Part shown: positions 7,337 to 17,701 of the stretch, one piece after another
Numbering within the stretch: position 1 is the stretch's first letter
Layout of the letters: each line of letters starts with the position of its first letter
Virus record (IMG/VR): IMGVR_UViG_3300037424_003028
Location: 1-40,771 of that record
DNA from: a virus
Lineage: Duplodnaviria > Caudoviricetes
Direction: 5' to 3' (one strand)
Length of the DNA: 40,771 bases
The notes under the pieces: model-generated
Seen by the model: the letters and a program-made list of their open reading frames with translations, nothing else
Database searches by the model: none
What the model was told of the DNA's origin: nothing
Translations under genes and position numbers: made by a program

Positions 7337-9007
7337 TTATGTACTTGCCGTCCAATTGTTGTAGTCGATACAGGCGATCCATTCGGTTGCGTTAATCGCC
7401 ACAAGCCGCAAATAGTCGCCCACTACAATACTCTCTACGTACCCGCCCGCCGGCGTTATGTTGCCCGCTATCAACAAGCGAATAGTGTCGCCCGTGGCGG
7501 CTTGCACCCGGATGCCGTTGATATTGTGAACGTAGAATTCCATACTTCCACCGGCGACCGCAGATGGAAGGGTTAGCGTGACTAATGCACTCGCGCCTTC
7601 GTTGGTATGAAACTTTCCTTTATCAGCATTAGAAAGGTCGCCGCTGGTTGTGTGGGCGACAACGGGTGGCCCGACGGCACTAACCACCACGGTATTACCT
7701 GGATCAATTTCCTCTACTGCAACTCCAGTGCCGGCCGTCACGGTACGGGCGCCCAGCGAAGCTCGGGCGGTGGCTCCGGATTCAGTCACGAAGGTTGTCC
7801 CGTCGCCCACGATGATATTGCCATCTGTCGGCGTCAACGCGGCAATCGCGGCCAGCAGGGCGTTGTACGCCTGTACATGCGTGCCGATGGTCAAACCCAG
7901 CGAAGCTCGGGCGGTAGCCCCGGATTCAGTCACGAAGGTTGTGTCGTCGCCGACGATGATGTTGCCATCATCCGGCGTCAACGCGGCAATCGCGGCCACC
8001 GTCGCCCCGGACTCTGTCACCCAGGTTGTGCCGTCGCCGACGATGATGTTGCCACTTGTCGGCGTCAACGCGGCAATCGCGGCCAGCAGGTCGCTGTACG
8101 CCTGCACGTTGGTGCCGATGGTCAGCCCCAGCGAAGTACGAGCGGTAGATCCGGATTCAGCCACGAAGGTTGTGCCGTCGCCCACGATGATGTTGCCATC
8201 TGTCGGCGTCAACGCCGCGATCGCGGCCAGCAGGGCGTTGTACGCCTGCACATGCGTGCCGATGGTCAGACCCAGCGAAGTACGAGCGGTAGCCCCGGAT
8301 TCAGCCACGAAGGTTGTGCCGTCGCCGACGATGATGTTGCCATCTGTCGGCGTCAACGCCGCGATCGCGGCCAGCAGGGCGTTGTACGCCTGCACATGCG
8401 TGCCGATGGTCAGCCCCAGCGAAGCTCGGGCGGTGGATCCGGATTCAGCCACGAAGGTTGTGCCGTCGCCGACGATGATGTTCCCGTCCGTCGGCGTCAG
8501 CAAACTGATAGCCGCCAGGGCGGCATTGAGCGCGTTGGCGCTGAACACCACTCGCCCACGCACATCGGTCACTGTCGAAATCACGCCGTCGGCTACCGTC
8601 ACCACGGCGATGGGCACGTAAGATAATATATCCGCCGGCCAGCCCACCGCATCAGTCACCACCGTCGCCGTCGCCGCGCTGGTCAGGTAAACGTAATAGG
8701 TGTCCGGCGAAGTGCTGATGGCGATAGACGCCTCGCCCGCGTATGCGTAGCCGTCTACGCCCAGCCGATAGTCGCCCGGAAAGATGCCGATATGAGTATC
8801 ATCCACCTGCACCGGCCGCAACGCGGCAACGACCGAAATGATCGCCAGCATCCGAGCCAGCATCCGGTCAATCTGCTGCTGCAGCGGCGGCGTCGAAGCC
8901 GGCGAAGTGGCGGCGGGGACAAACGGCACCCCGGTGCCCGGGTCGATCGTTCCGTTCAAAGCCTCAATATCGCCGGCCGCCGGCCATTGTTCCACTGGTA
9001 CGGGCAT
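7337..9007 (-). CDS. Tail fibre protein with 48-aa repeats
   Basis: Repeated LTPTDGNIIVGDGTTFVAESGATARASLG; C-terminal TLTLPSAVAGG fibre-type motif. Confidence 0.8.
   Translation of the reverse strand: MPVPVEQWPAAGDIEALNGTIDPGTGVPFVPAATSPASTPPLQQQIDRMLARMLAIISVVAALRPVQVDDTHIGIFPGDYRLGVDGYAYAGEASIAISTSPDTYYVYLTSAATATVVTDAVGWPADILSYVPIAVVTVADGVISTVTDVRGRVVFSANALNAALAAISLLTPTDGNIIVGDGTTFVAESGSTARASLGLTIGTHVQAYNALLAAIAALTPTDGNIIVGDGTTFVAESGATARTSLGLTIGTHVQAYNALLAAIAALTPTDGNIIVGDGTTFVAESGSTARTSLGLTIGTNVQAYSDLLAAIAALTPTSGNIIVGDGTTWVTESGATVAAIAALTPDDGNIIVGDDTTFVTESGATARASLGLTIGTHVQAYNALLAAIAALTPTDGNIIVGDGTTFVTESGATARASLGARTVTAGTGVAVEEIDPGNTVVVSAVGPPVVAHTTSGDLSNADKGKFHTNEGASALVTLTLPSAVAGGSMEFYVHNINGIRVQAATGDTIRLLIAGNITPAGGYVESIVVGDYLRLVAINATEWIACIDYNNWTAST
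7751..8500 (-). repeat. 144-bp tandem repeats (six GDGTT-type motifs, one unit shortened to 87 bp)
   Basis: Motif recurs at ~8465, 8321, 8177, 8033, 7946 and 7802. Confidence 0.95.
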
Positions 9008-9471
9008 TAAGGTATCTCCTCAAGCTGAGCACTCGGCTCGAACGAAAACACCAACGAGCCGTCACTGATCCCCACATAGCGCAGACCAGTCGGGGCCCGC
9101 GGAGCGGAGTTGACAAACAGACTCACTTCGGCGGGTGGATCGGCCTGCTGATTGCCGAGCGCATCCATCGCCACCGCCGCGATCCGCACCGTTCCGAAAC
9201 ATACCGGCGGGGTTTCAAGCCGCACATCCACCACGTGCTTGCCGTTCGCGTTACGCGGTAGGTTGTCGCTCCATACCAGCGTGCCCCAGGGCGTCACACC
9301 CCAGACGGGCTGCTCGCCACCTTCGGGCCACAGTCGCAGCGGGGCGGTGTTGATCGGCAACGTCGGCTCGCCGGCGGCGATACCGCGCACATCCACGTTC
9401 CAAAAAAAACAGACCACTGCCTCGGGATCGCTCAGCGACGTTTCAGCCAGGGATAGCGATAGCTTAACCAT
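9007..9471 (-). CDS. Putative tail/baseplate protein
   Basis: 154 aa with 1-bp overlaps to both neighbours; WGVTPWG motif and APRAPTGL FN3-like start. Confidence 0.6.
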   Translation of the reverse strand: MVKLSLSLAETSLSDPEAVVCFFWNVDVRGIAAGEPTLPINTAPLRLWPEGGEQPVWGVTPWGTLVWSDNLPRNANGKHVVDVRLETPPVCFGTVRIAAVAMDALGNQQADPPAEVSLFVNSAPRAPTGLRYVGISDGSLVFSFEPSAQLEEIP

Positions 9472-11807
9472 CAGCCCACCTCCCGCGCACGTTTGCCCAT
9501 GCGTCCCCGGGCGGCGTTCTTGACCAGCTTGGGCACCGCCCGCACCTCGACACGATCGTCACCGATGGTCAGGTGGGTAGTCTGATTGTTGGGGGTGTTG
9601 ACCCACATTACCCGCACGATTTGCGGCCAGCCCGCACCGTTCTGGGTGGCCTCGAAGCGGATGCCGCGTGGGTCGATGCCCACCAAGGCGTCACCCGGCC
9701 GCCAGTGGTCGGCCAGCCGAGGCATAACCACCGTCCCGCTATACCGGCGGTTTTGTTCCGAATCGACAATCATCCTGGCCAACGCCATCGCCCGGGTCAG
9801 CTCGTCCAGGGTTGCCGCCGTCGCCCCGGCAATGGCGGCATCCTTGACGTTGGTGTCCGTGCAATTCTCGTAGCGGATAGCGGCGCGCACGTTCACATCC
9901 ACATGATGGGCGGGCTTGCCCACGGCGTTGGTTGACTCGTAAGTAGCCTGGGCCACTTCGTCACTCTCCACGCAACAGCGGACCGCCAAACGAAACGTGC
10001 CCCGGATGATCGCTTCCCACACGGATTTGCCGACGGTGGCATCGACGGCCCGGATGCCCTTATTTTTGATCTCCGCAAGGTTGGAATCGGACAGGTACAC
10101 GGCAAAGCGGTCTTCGAGAAAATGATAATTGCCGGGATAAGCGTACCAATGTCCGCCGCTATCTAATGAACACTCGACAATCGGACGCATCTGCACACCT
10201 TGGTCCAGCCGAGTAATCAGCGGCAGTATCTTGCGGCGGCGGGCGATCCACTCGGTCGTGCGTTGACCGGCGGTATCGAACACCCGCTTGGTGCCCAGCG
10301 AAGCCCATTTATAATTAGAATCATAAATGCTCTGACCCCAGCACGATGTGTCGCCGTTGGTATGCGCGTAGTCCGCACCCGCCAGCTCCCGAGACTCGTT
10401 TAAGCCCCACAGCCGCCCGACGTACATGTACTGGGCATGTTCCGCGCCGCCGGTGGTATATCGTGCGGTCATGGTGCCGGGGTCGCCGGTCTGGTTTTCC
10501 TCGCCGACCCCCTTGGTGCTATTGATCTTCGCCGTCATCGTCTCGCCACTGAGATCGTCGCCGAACATGGTGTCCGGCTTCCACAACGGCAGCATGATGT
10601 CGCGTGAGGCCGGCCCCTTGCCGACCTGTACCTCGTACAGCTCCGGAGTACCCAGCACGCGGCAGGAAGTAATCACGTTGCCACCGTCGCGGACAATCTC
10701 GCCCTGATACACTTCCAAGTATTGGTGGGCATCCACCGGCGACAGAACGTCCACGTGAACGCCGGGCGGTAGTAACTGCAGGGCACGCGGGGCGGGGATC
10801 GGCGTAGCCAGGGTAGGTCGCAGGGTACGATCGTCGCCCGATAGTGCATGGTCGCCGTAGATGCCGGCTTCCCGGTTCAAATGAAACAGCGCGTTGGTGT
10901 CCGGCGTCGATCCGCTGCCGAAGGTATATTGGTGCATCGAGCATCCGAACGCCTCACACCACATCAGCATCGCCTTGACCACCGGCATACCATCGCAGGC
11001 CAGCGGATCGGCCTTACACTTCAACACGTCGCTCAGGGCGAACAGTGCCGAGGGCACCTCATTCAGCGGGGCGGCGTTGCTCTCCACGATGTCGGCGAAC
11101 AGTGCGACGATCTGTGCTAGTGAGATTCCGGCATCCTCCGGCAGTTTTCGCCAATAGAAAACATACAGATACTTGAGGATGTCCGCGGCCTTCCAGTACA
11201 CCGCATCCGGCGTGTCGTCGTCGGTGAACACCGGTGTAGATTCGATAGTTTCGTAGGTGAGCAAATCCGGGTGTCGATTGGGTCGCCCGCCGACATTGAA
11301 AATGCACGGCAACGCCCGGACCAGGGCCACCTTCTTATCATCCGCGGTCTGCCCGCGATCGCGCATATACCGGCCGGCAATCCAGCTCGCGCGTTGCTTG
11401 CCCACCCATTCAAGTTTAGAGGTGCACGCAATGGTCGCCGTCAGACTGTCCGGCGAAAACCTCAATGTATCCACCGCGAAATAGCCGTGGAACAGGAAAC
11501 GGCGTTGTCCGTCCGACTCGGCGAAGATGACTACCTCGGTATTGAGCGCCACCGCCGCGTAAACCTCACCCTCGCTCAGGGGATATTCATAATCGACGCC
11601 ATCCTCGCGGGCACCGGACAAGTCGATGGATAGCTCGGCTCGCGGAAAGTCCCTATTCAACCCGACGGACACGGAATCGACCCGCAGCCGCGGGGCCAGC
11701 CAATCGCTAGCCCAATCGAAATCGAACCCCTCGCCCGCCTTGCGCGTAGCCACCAGCAGGTCATACCCCGCGAATTCCAGACTTGTCGGAGTAGCCAGCG
11801 GCTTCAT
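9471..11807 (-). CDS. Putative baseplate hub / tail tip protein
   Basis: 778 aa, second gene after the tape measure; C-terminal WRPGD...QTTHLTIG resembles hub/Tal proteins. Confidence 0.6.
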   Translation of the reverse strand: MKPLATPTSLEFAGYDLLVATRKAGEGFDFDWASDWLAPRLRVDSVSVGLNRDFPRAELSIDLSGAREDGVDYEYPLSEGEVYAAVALNTEVVIFAESDGQRRFLFHGYFAVDTLRFSPDSLTATIACTSKLEWVGKQRASWIAGRYMRDRGQTADDKKVALVRALPCIFNVGGRPNRHPDLLTYETIESTPVFTDDDTPDAVYWKAADILKYLYVFYWRKLPEDAGISLAQIVALFADIVESNAAPLNEVPSALFALSDVLKCKADPLACDGMPVVKAMLMWCEAFGCSMHQYTFGSGSTPDTNALFHLNREAGIYGDHALSGDDRTLRPTLATPIPAPRALQLLPPGVHVDVLSPVDAHQYLEVYQGEIVRDGGNVITSCRVLGTPELYEVQVGKGPASRDIMLPLWKPDTMFGDDLSGETMTAKINSTKGVGEENQTGDPGTMTARYTTGGAEHAQYMYVGRLWGLNESRELAGADYAHTNGDTSCWGQSIYDSNYKWASLGTKRVFDTAGQRTTEWIARRRKILPLITRLDQGVQMRPIVECSLDSGGHWYAYPGNYHFLEDRFAVYLSDSNLAEIKNKGIRAVDATVGKSVWEAIIRGTFRLAVRCCVESDEVAQATYESTNAVGKPAHHVDVNVRAAIRYENCTDTNVKDAAIAGATAATLDELTRAMALARMIVDSEQNRRYSGTVVMPRLADHWRPGDALVGIDPRGIRFEATQNGAGWPQIVRVMWVNTPNNQTTHLTIGDDRVEVRAVPKLVKNAARGRMGKRAREVG

Positions 11808-12217
11808 GGCCTCAACTCCCTGAAAGTCAACGCATATCTGCCGATGAATGAAAACGTTCCACCCACGCCACCCACCGGTTCGGTGGACACGAAATCCACC
11901 AGCTCGACGTTGTATATCGTGCGACCGTGCAAGGTCATGGTGTAGCCGCCATCCTGCAGCTTGGCTTCGATGGCATCCTCCAACGCCGTTAGACTGGCCA
12001 GAGTCTCCGACAACACCGTCAGCGTCCAGACTATCTGTCGCCCGCCCTTGCCTAGGTACTGAACCATGACCCCATGCACGCCGGGGTAAACGAACTCTGC
12101 CCGGCGGTTTTCAATCGGTCCACGATAAACGTGTACGAACGAACGGTAGGCCGATTGATCGGTCCCATTCAGGCCGAAATTTATGTCTGCCCAAGTTGGC
12201 GGAATGATACTCGGCAT
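11804..12217 (-). CDS. Putative distal tail protein
   Basis: Immediately follows the tape measure; YPGVHG...LGKGGRQI...YALTFREL pattern. Confidence 0.55.
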   Translation of the reverse strand: MPSIIPPTWADINFGLNGTDQSAYRSFVHVYRGPIENRRAEFVYPGVHGVMVQYLGKGGRQIVWTLTVLSETLASLTALEDAIEAKLQDGGYTMTLHGRTIYNVELVDFVSTEPVGGVGGTFSFIGRYALTFRELRP

Positions 12218-12225
12218 ATCACGTC

Positions 12226-13941
12226 CTACTTGCGAATCTGCGGCGCACTGGCCGGCAACTGAGTCCGATCCGACGAACTCATGTACGTATCGCCGTACTG
12301 TATATTGTTAATTACCGTGCCCATCTCTCCCGAGAGCGGTTTATCGTTCCACACTCGTTCTCCCTGTTCCTCGGTTAAATTCTCAGTATTAAACCGTCGG
12401 CCCATCGGTCGAATAATACGTTGTGGGCCGCTTATATCTTTCACCTTGCCATCGCGGCTAAAGAATTTGCCACCGCTACCCACAACCCCGTTGTTTCCGC
12501 GACGGGTATCAGAGATCCCGGTCTCATACAAAGCCGCATCTAGTTGTGCCTGCAGTCGCTCGGCAGAACCGCTTCTGCCCGGCACCGCCCACAATTCGGT
12601 AATTCCCAGCCGGTTTAATTGTTCGGCCAACGCGAACGATTCAATTTGTGTCGATTCGAGTTGAAATTTATTCGCCCACCATCCCACATGCCGCCGCTCG
12701 TCACGGGTTGCACGGGCTGCACTAAGTTTTGAGACGGCAGTTTCATCTAATCTCCCAATTGCGGCATCGTAGGCATCGAGATTTGCTTGACGACTGGTTT
12801 TAGCAGCCTCAGAAATGTTGGTTTGTGCAACATTTTCCTTTATAAAGCCGCTGTTTTCATCAAGATACGCTTTGCCCCCGGGAGCCGCAGCCACCGTTTT
12901 CAGGGCATCCTTGTAAGCCTGCCGCCCAACCGCAGCCACCGCAAACTCGCGTACCCTTTCTCTTTCTGCCGGGTTCGGAATTTCCCCAAAGAATTCATCC
13001 ATTGCCGCAGGATCATCTTGCCGTTTGGCTACTGCCGACTGGAATGCCTCGAACCTTTCATCATAGCTGAGCGACAAATACGACCGCCCCGTCTCGGCCT
13101 CAATGGCGTCGCGTGCCGATTGTTTTTTCATGGCGACGTTCATCTGTCCCATCAACCGCATGGACTGCATCTGGCTATTGGTAACGGCGCGGGCTTGAGC
13201 CATTCGCGCCAGTATTTTTTCAAAATTTGCCCCCTCAAGAAACCCACCCATGCCGCCACGCGCCGTTGCTTGGGCGATCTCGCCGGGCGAGGCGAAGTAG
13301 GTAACGCCCATAACCTTTTCCATTTTCGAGAAAATAGCGGCGGCGGCCTCTTTTGAGTCTGTCGCCCCTGGAATACGGGACAACATTTCAGATGAGGCCG
13401 TGGCTTGATCGGCGTCCCCGCCAGTGCGGGCTAATGCACCGGCAATCACATTTTGAATTTCCTTTTTCAGCCCCTCATCACCGCCCATGACCGAATGCAC
13501 CGCCCGCCGAGATTCCGCCGCCAACTCATAACTAGCACCGGTGTCTGAAGATGTTTGTGCGATGCGCGCCGCCTCAACCCCGACGGACACGCCTTCCTGG
13601 GTAGCCGCCGCCAATGTTTTTTGCTGGGCTCCAGCGGAGGCTGTCGCCATTTCCCCCAACCGAACTTTCATCTCTAAAATGTGTTGGTTCCATGCCATGA
13701 ACTCGCTGGTGATTTTCATCACCGCGCCGACAATTCCGCCCCCAATCAAAATGCCTTTCACATCTTCAAACGAGCGAGTTAAGGCACCCCCAAAAGCAGT
13801 CAGCGACCCGTGTGCATCCTTGCTGGTTTTGCCCAAATCCATTGACGCCAGTTCAGCCTTACGCTGGGCCTGGGTGAGATTTAGGAACGCGCGCACCGCG
13901 CTGGCGTCGTCGCCTTCTAGTCTGAATTGAACAGTGCCCAA
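12226..13941 (-). CDS. Tail tape measure protein (short, 571 aa)
   Basis: Ala-rich helical protein directly after the frameshift chaperone; N-terminal VQFRLEGDD, C-terminal VINNIQYGD. Confidence 0.75.
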   Translation of the reverse strand: MGTVQFRLEGDDASAVRAFLNLTQAQRKAELASMDLGKTSKDAHGSLTAFGGALTRSFEDVKGILIGGGIVGAVMKITSEFMAWNQHILEMKVRLGEMATASAGAQQKTLAAATQEGVSVGVEAARIAQTSSDTGASYELAAESRRAVHSVMGGDEGLKKEIQNVIAGALARTGGDADQATASSEMLSRIPGATDSKEAAAAIFSKMEKVMGVTYFASPGEIAQATARGGMGGFLEGANFEKILARMAQARAVTNSQMQSMRLMGQMNVAMKKQSARDAIEAETGRSYLSLSYDERFEAFQSAVAKRQDDPAAMDEFFGEIPNPAERERVREFAVAAVGRQAYKDALKTVAAAPGGKAYLDENSGFIKENVAQTNISEAAKTSRQANLDAYDAAIGRLDETAVSKLSAARATRDERRHVGWWANKFQLESTQIESFALAEQLNRLGITELWAVPGRSGSAERLQAQLDAALYETGISDTRRGNNGVVGSGGKFFSRDGKVKDISGPQRIIRPMGRRFNTENLTEEQGERVWNDKPLSGEMGTVINNIQYGDTYMSSSDRTQLPASAPQIRK

Positions 13942-14021
13942 AAATCACCCCGCCAGGAAACTCATATCCGCACAGGTCGGCCGATAGCCGGGCGACAAAC
14001 CGCGCCGCCACATTTCATAGA

Positions 14022-14762
14022 TCAGCCAGCGGTTGCCGGCGTTTTTTTTTGATCGTCGCCCAGCATCGCCCGCCCGATGGCCAGAATGCCGGGCACATCC
14101 ACCAAGGCTTCTAACACCGTCTTGATGCTCTTGGTAGTCAACAGCCGCAGCACCGATACCTCCGCCGCACCAATCCGGTAATTGAGAGCCAACGCCGCGA
14201 TCGCCGCCGCCCATTCCTCATCATCGCTCAGCGGCTGGACCTTGACGCCTTCGGACGTCGGCCCCTGCTGAGCCGCCTTGATCACCTCCCACACCCGCAA
14301 CGTCGTCGCCCATATCCCCGCGTAGCGGTCACACACCTGCCGCTCCAACTTTCCGGAGTCGCCCAGGGTAATGTTTTGATCCAGGGCGATAGTGTCATCG
14401 CACATCCGTGCGACCGGACACAGCCACTGGCGGCCGTCGCCCAGCGTCAGCATATAACCCGGCAAACCCTCCGATCGCATCAGGTCCGCCGGCCCCGGCG
14501 GGGCATCATTCCACCAGCCCAGCCAGTGCGATCCGCCCGGCGCTCGCCGCCAGCTTTGCTTGAGCGGGTAAAATCCAACCGGACGATCCGGCTGCATACT
14601 GACCACCAGCCCGCCGCCGGCACCGTCGATGTCGTCCGGGCCGGCTCCCTCGACCAGCCGTTGTTGGGCGGTCATGTCCACGATGCCGCTCAGCCCGTTC
14701 GCGTCGATCGCGGTTGGGCTGAGCATGGTTATCCTCGGCAGCCAATACAAAAAGTCCGCCAC
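14022..14762 (-). CDS. Tail assembly chaperone (gpG-like), with a -1 frameshift extension to 13945
   Basis: Between tube and tape measure; A9 slippery run near the end; -1 frame stays open to 13945. Confidence 0.75.
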   Translation of the reverse strand: MADFLYWLPRITMLSPTAIDANGLSGIVDMTAQQRLVEGAGPDDIDGAGGGLVVSMQPDRPVGFYPLKQSWRRAPGGSHWLGWWNDAPPGPADLMRSEGLPGYMLTLGDGRQWLCPVARMCDDTIALDQNITLGDSGKLERQVCDRYAGIWATTLRVWEVIKAAQQGPTSEGVKVQPLSDDEEWAAAIAALALNYRIGAAEVSVLRLLTTKSIKTVLEALVDVPGILAIGRAMLGDDQKKTPATAG

Positions 14763-14807
14763 AAAAGCACCTCGATTGGATAATCGACCAATTAGGTGAT
14801 CGGTCGA

Positions 14808-15722
14808 TCAGGTGATCGGAACGCCGGTAGCGATGCCCAGCAAGGCATTGCCGGTGCCGTCCCATGCTGGAGTAATGGTCAGTTCCGACGCCGTCTGATC
14901 GTCGCTCGCCGCCCAGCTCTTAACCGCGACCTTGCCGGCCGATACGCTCAGGGCGATATGACTGTTACTGTTCGCCGCCGCCAACCCGCCCGGTGCCACC
15001 ATGCGCATCAGATAGAGGCCGCTGGCCTCCGCACCGGTCAAGGCCCCGCCGAACAGCCCCAGGCTGTAATGGTTGGTCTGGGTCAGGCAGCTTATGGTGA
15101 TCTTCGGCTGGCGGGACTTGATGGCGATGTACGTCGGCCACACGTCGCCGTCGCTGGACTGCATAATCAGCTCGATGCCGAAGTCCACGCGGGCGCTGAT
15201 TATGCCAGGCAACTGGACGCCGTTGATCTTCACCGGCCCCAGGGTGTAACTCTCTACCGGCACATTGATCGCCGGATAAGCCACGCCGTTGGCGATGGCG
15301 AACGGCGGATACAAATCGTTACCGCCCCAATAGGGTATAACATCCACCGACAGCTTGGCCCGCTGGCCCTGCTGCACATCCAGCGTTCGCGGCACGAACA
15401 AGCCGTTCAGCATGGTGTAGGCAATACTGGCGGCGGCATCGCGGCCGGCACATATTGCCATCTTGCGCAGGTACAGGGTGGCACCGGGCGTGGCCACCGC
15501 CAGACCCATGCCGATCTTGGCCAGCGCACTGCCCACGCCGATGCTGCTGAAGCTAAACTTCGGCTTCTGGTCGATGGCATGTACGGCCGTGGGATCAACA
15601 TTGCCGTCGGCAATCAACAGCATATCGACCAAACCATCGTTGAAGTTGCTCCCCTCGATGCCGTTAAGGTATGAATTGTCGGGCAGTCGAATGCCGCCCA
15701 GGGTGAACATTTCACCGGTCAT
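14808..15722 (-). CDS. Major tail tube protein
   Basis: 304 aa beta-rich ORF positioned before the chaperone and tape measure. Confidence 0.65.
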   Translation of the reverse strand: MTGEMFTLGGIRLPDNSYLNGIEGSNFNDGLVDMLLIADGNVDPTAVHAIDQKPKFSFSSIGVGSALAKIGMGLAVATPGATLYLRKMAICAGRDAAASIAYTMLNGLFVPRTLDVQQGQRAKLSVDVIPYWGGNDLYPPFAIANGVAYPAINVPVESYTLGPVKINGVQLPGIISARVDFGIELIMQSSDGDVWPTYIAIKSRQPKITISCLTQTNHYSLGLFGGALTGAEASGLYLMRMVAPGGLAAANSNSHIALSVSAGKVAVKSWAASDDQTASELTITPAWDGTGNALLGIATGVPIT

Positions 15723-16204
15723 GTCAATGTCCTCCGTTCGGTAGTCATCTTCAAGTTCATCGCCCGCGCCGATTCACGATCCACCAACTTGGCCAACGTC
15801 CGCCGCTCATCATGTACCGTGGTGGTCAACTCACCGGCCTTGTACGGCTGCTTAAAATTCTTCTGGTAGGCGTACAACTGCTTCGGCCCACGCATCCGCA
15901 AGGTCGCCCCGCGTGCCGACACGTTGGTGATAATGCGCTCGGCCTGTACCATTCGCCGCGTCTCGCCCGACCACACCAACGGGTTTTGATGCCCATATCG
16001 CTTTTGCTTCCGCTTCTGGTAGGCCCGCGTGCGCGTCTGGTAGTGATACCGCCGGCCGCCCTCTTCGGTGAAATGCACCGGCAGCACGAACCGGTGCCAG
16101 TATTCCAGGGCGTGCATCCAGCCGCCGCGCTGGGCCTTCTCGCGTAGCCGGGCCACCTGCCGCGGGCTGCCCTGCTCGATGATCTCGCATCTGATCCGCG
16201 GCAT
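15719..16204 (-). CDS. Neck / tail completion protein (basic)
   Basis: Arg/Lys-rich with PLVWSGETR motif; start chosen at MPRIRC, which overlaps the upstream stop. Confidence 0.55.
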   Translation of the reverse strand: MPRIRCEIIEQGSPRQVARLREKAQRGGWMHALEYWHRFVLPVHFTEEGGRRYHYQTRTRAYQKRKQKRYGHQNPLVWSGETRRMVQAERIITNVSARGATLRMRGPKQLYAYQKNFKQPYKAGELTTTVHDERRTLAKLVDRESARAMNLKMTTERRTLT

Positions 16205-16716
16205 CAGCCGGCCCCTCCCCAACGGACGGCGATAATTATCTCGATAAAATCGCCCTCGCCCTCGGATACCGTTTCGTCCGCCCGGTACAGATCCAGGATG
16301 GAAAACTCCCGCACCCGCATGTATTCGCCGGTCTCGGATAACGCCGACACTTCATCGAGAATATCCCCCACCACATTGCCGAAATCCAGCATGGCGTCGG
16401 CTGCGTCGGCTTTATATTGTGCATCCACATCCGCTAAAAACCGCAGGAACACCTCGCCGCTGTCCGCGTATACCGCGCCGCCGCCGCCGGCCACCGCAAT
16501 AGCATTCAGGTCGAAGCCGTGAGTAATCAGCGCGTATGGCCGAGCCGCATCATCCTGTTTGGATACCTCGACCAGATGGATAAACTCCCTCGCCGCACCG
16601 ACTGGGTCCGCCTCGTGATCTACGCCGACCCAGGCACGGAATGCCGGCGAAGCAGCCACCAGACGGCGGACCATTTCCAGCGGCATCGAAACTAATCCTC
16701 GCGGCTCAACTGCCAC
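16204..16716 (-). CDS. Putative tail terminator protein
   Basis: Acidic 170 aa, RPYALI motif, position in the neck cluster. Confidence 0.5.
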   Translation of the reverse strand: MAVEPRGLVSMPLEMVRRLVAASPAFRAWVGVDHEADPVGAAREFIHLVEVSKQDDAARPYALITHGFDLNAIAVAGGGGAVYADSGEVFLRFLADVDAQYKADAADAMLDFGNVVGDILDEVSALSETGEYMRVREFSILDLYRADETVSEGEGDFIEIIIAVRWGGAG

Positions 16717-17083
16717 GGTGCAACCTCCCTCGATCCGATCCCCGACGATTTACCTCGGCCCGACGTAGCATCAGCCGCCAGCGCGCCCCGCGTAGCCGTT
16801 CAACCGAATCCACGATCCAGCCGACCGATTCGTACACCAATCGCCCGCCGCGTTCCGGGGCGGCCAGGTCGCTGCAATCCACCGTCGCCATCGCGTGCTC
16901 AACCTGGGCGTCGGCTTCCTTGTCGACCACATGCTCGGCCCCCGGCTTGCCCAGGTGGAACGATTCCAACTCCAGGCTGACCGACTCGGCGGCCCCGACG
17001 GCGTAATAATCCACGGCGACACCGAATTCATCGCGCATCGCATCGGCCAAGCCATCCCGAACTATGTTGCTAAATTCGCCCAT
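16706..17083 (-). CDS. Head-tail joining protein (FII-like)
   Basis: ATG at 17083, 2 nt after the upstream stop; EFGVAVDY and PERGGRL...WIVDSV pattern. Confidence 0.55.
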   Translation of the reverse strand: MGEFSNIVRDGLADAMRDEFGVAVDYYAVGAAESVSLELESFHLGKPGAEHVVDKEADAQVEHAMATVDCSDLAAPERGGRLVYESVGWIVDSVERLRGARWRLMLRRAEVNRRGSDRGRLHRGS

Positions 17084-17085
17084 GG

Positions 17086-17667
17086 CTAGGAAACGCTGTC
17101 GTAAGTGCCGGCGATGGTCAGCGTGCAGCCGGCGGCCACTCCGCACGAACATTTAGCATAAGCCACTGTCTCGCCGGCCAACGGATTGTCCATCAGATTC
17201 TTGACATACAGCCAAGGTTCGTCGGCGACCAAGTCCAGGTTTTCCAAACTGACATCGTCCGCGTCGAAAAATTCCAAGCTGGCCCGCTTGGTGGCGTTAG
17301 CCACCAGCACCTGCAGCAGGTTGGCGACGAAGTCCATGTCAATAGTGGATTGCTTGGCCAGCGCGATAGCCTCGCCGGAGGTGGGCAGGGAATCGCCCAC
17401 ACCGCCGGTAAGCGGCACAGCCGTGCCGTTGACGGTGCCGACAGTACATCCGCGGCGTAGCCCGTCAGACCAATAAACATCGACCACGTCGGCCGTGAGA
17501 ATGCCATGATCCGCCGCCAGCGTTGCCGTCCCGTCGGTAATAGTCCCCTCTTTAGCCCCGGCCAGCGTGGCCTCGTGCGGAATTCCGCCGGTGGCCGGCC
17601 GATTAATCTGAGAATTCAGTGAAAAGCCGGCGACATCAATGGTCAGTACGATTTGTCCCTGTGCCAT
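17086..17667 (-). CDS. Hypothetical virion structural protein
   Basis: 193 aa beta-rich ORF with GAGG RBS, directly after the capsid gene. Confidence 0.65.
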   Translation of the reverse strand: MAQGQIVLTIDVAGFSLNSQINRPATGGIPHEATLAGAKEGTITDGTATLAADHGILTADVVDVYWSDGLRRGCTVGTVNGTAVPLTGGVGDSLPTSGEAIALAKQSTIDMDFVANLLQVLVANATKRASLEFFDADDVSLENLDLVADEPWLYVKNLMDNPLAGETVAYAKCSCGVAAGCTLTIAGTYDSVS

Positions 17668-17701
17668 GATAATTCCTCTTGTGGTCCACTAAATTTATTA
17701 T

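Noticed and set aside
7751-8500. CRISPR or non-coding repeat
   Set aside because: In-frame protein repeats with no unique spacers
9402-9409. Phase-variable T8 run in a tail gene
   Set aside because: The gene is intact and coupled to both neighbours; no evidence of slippage from a single sequence
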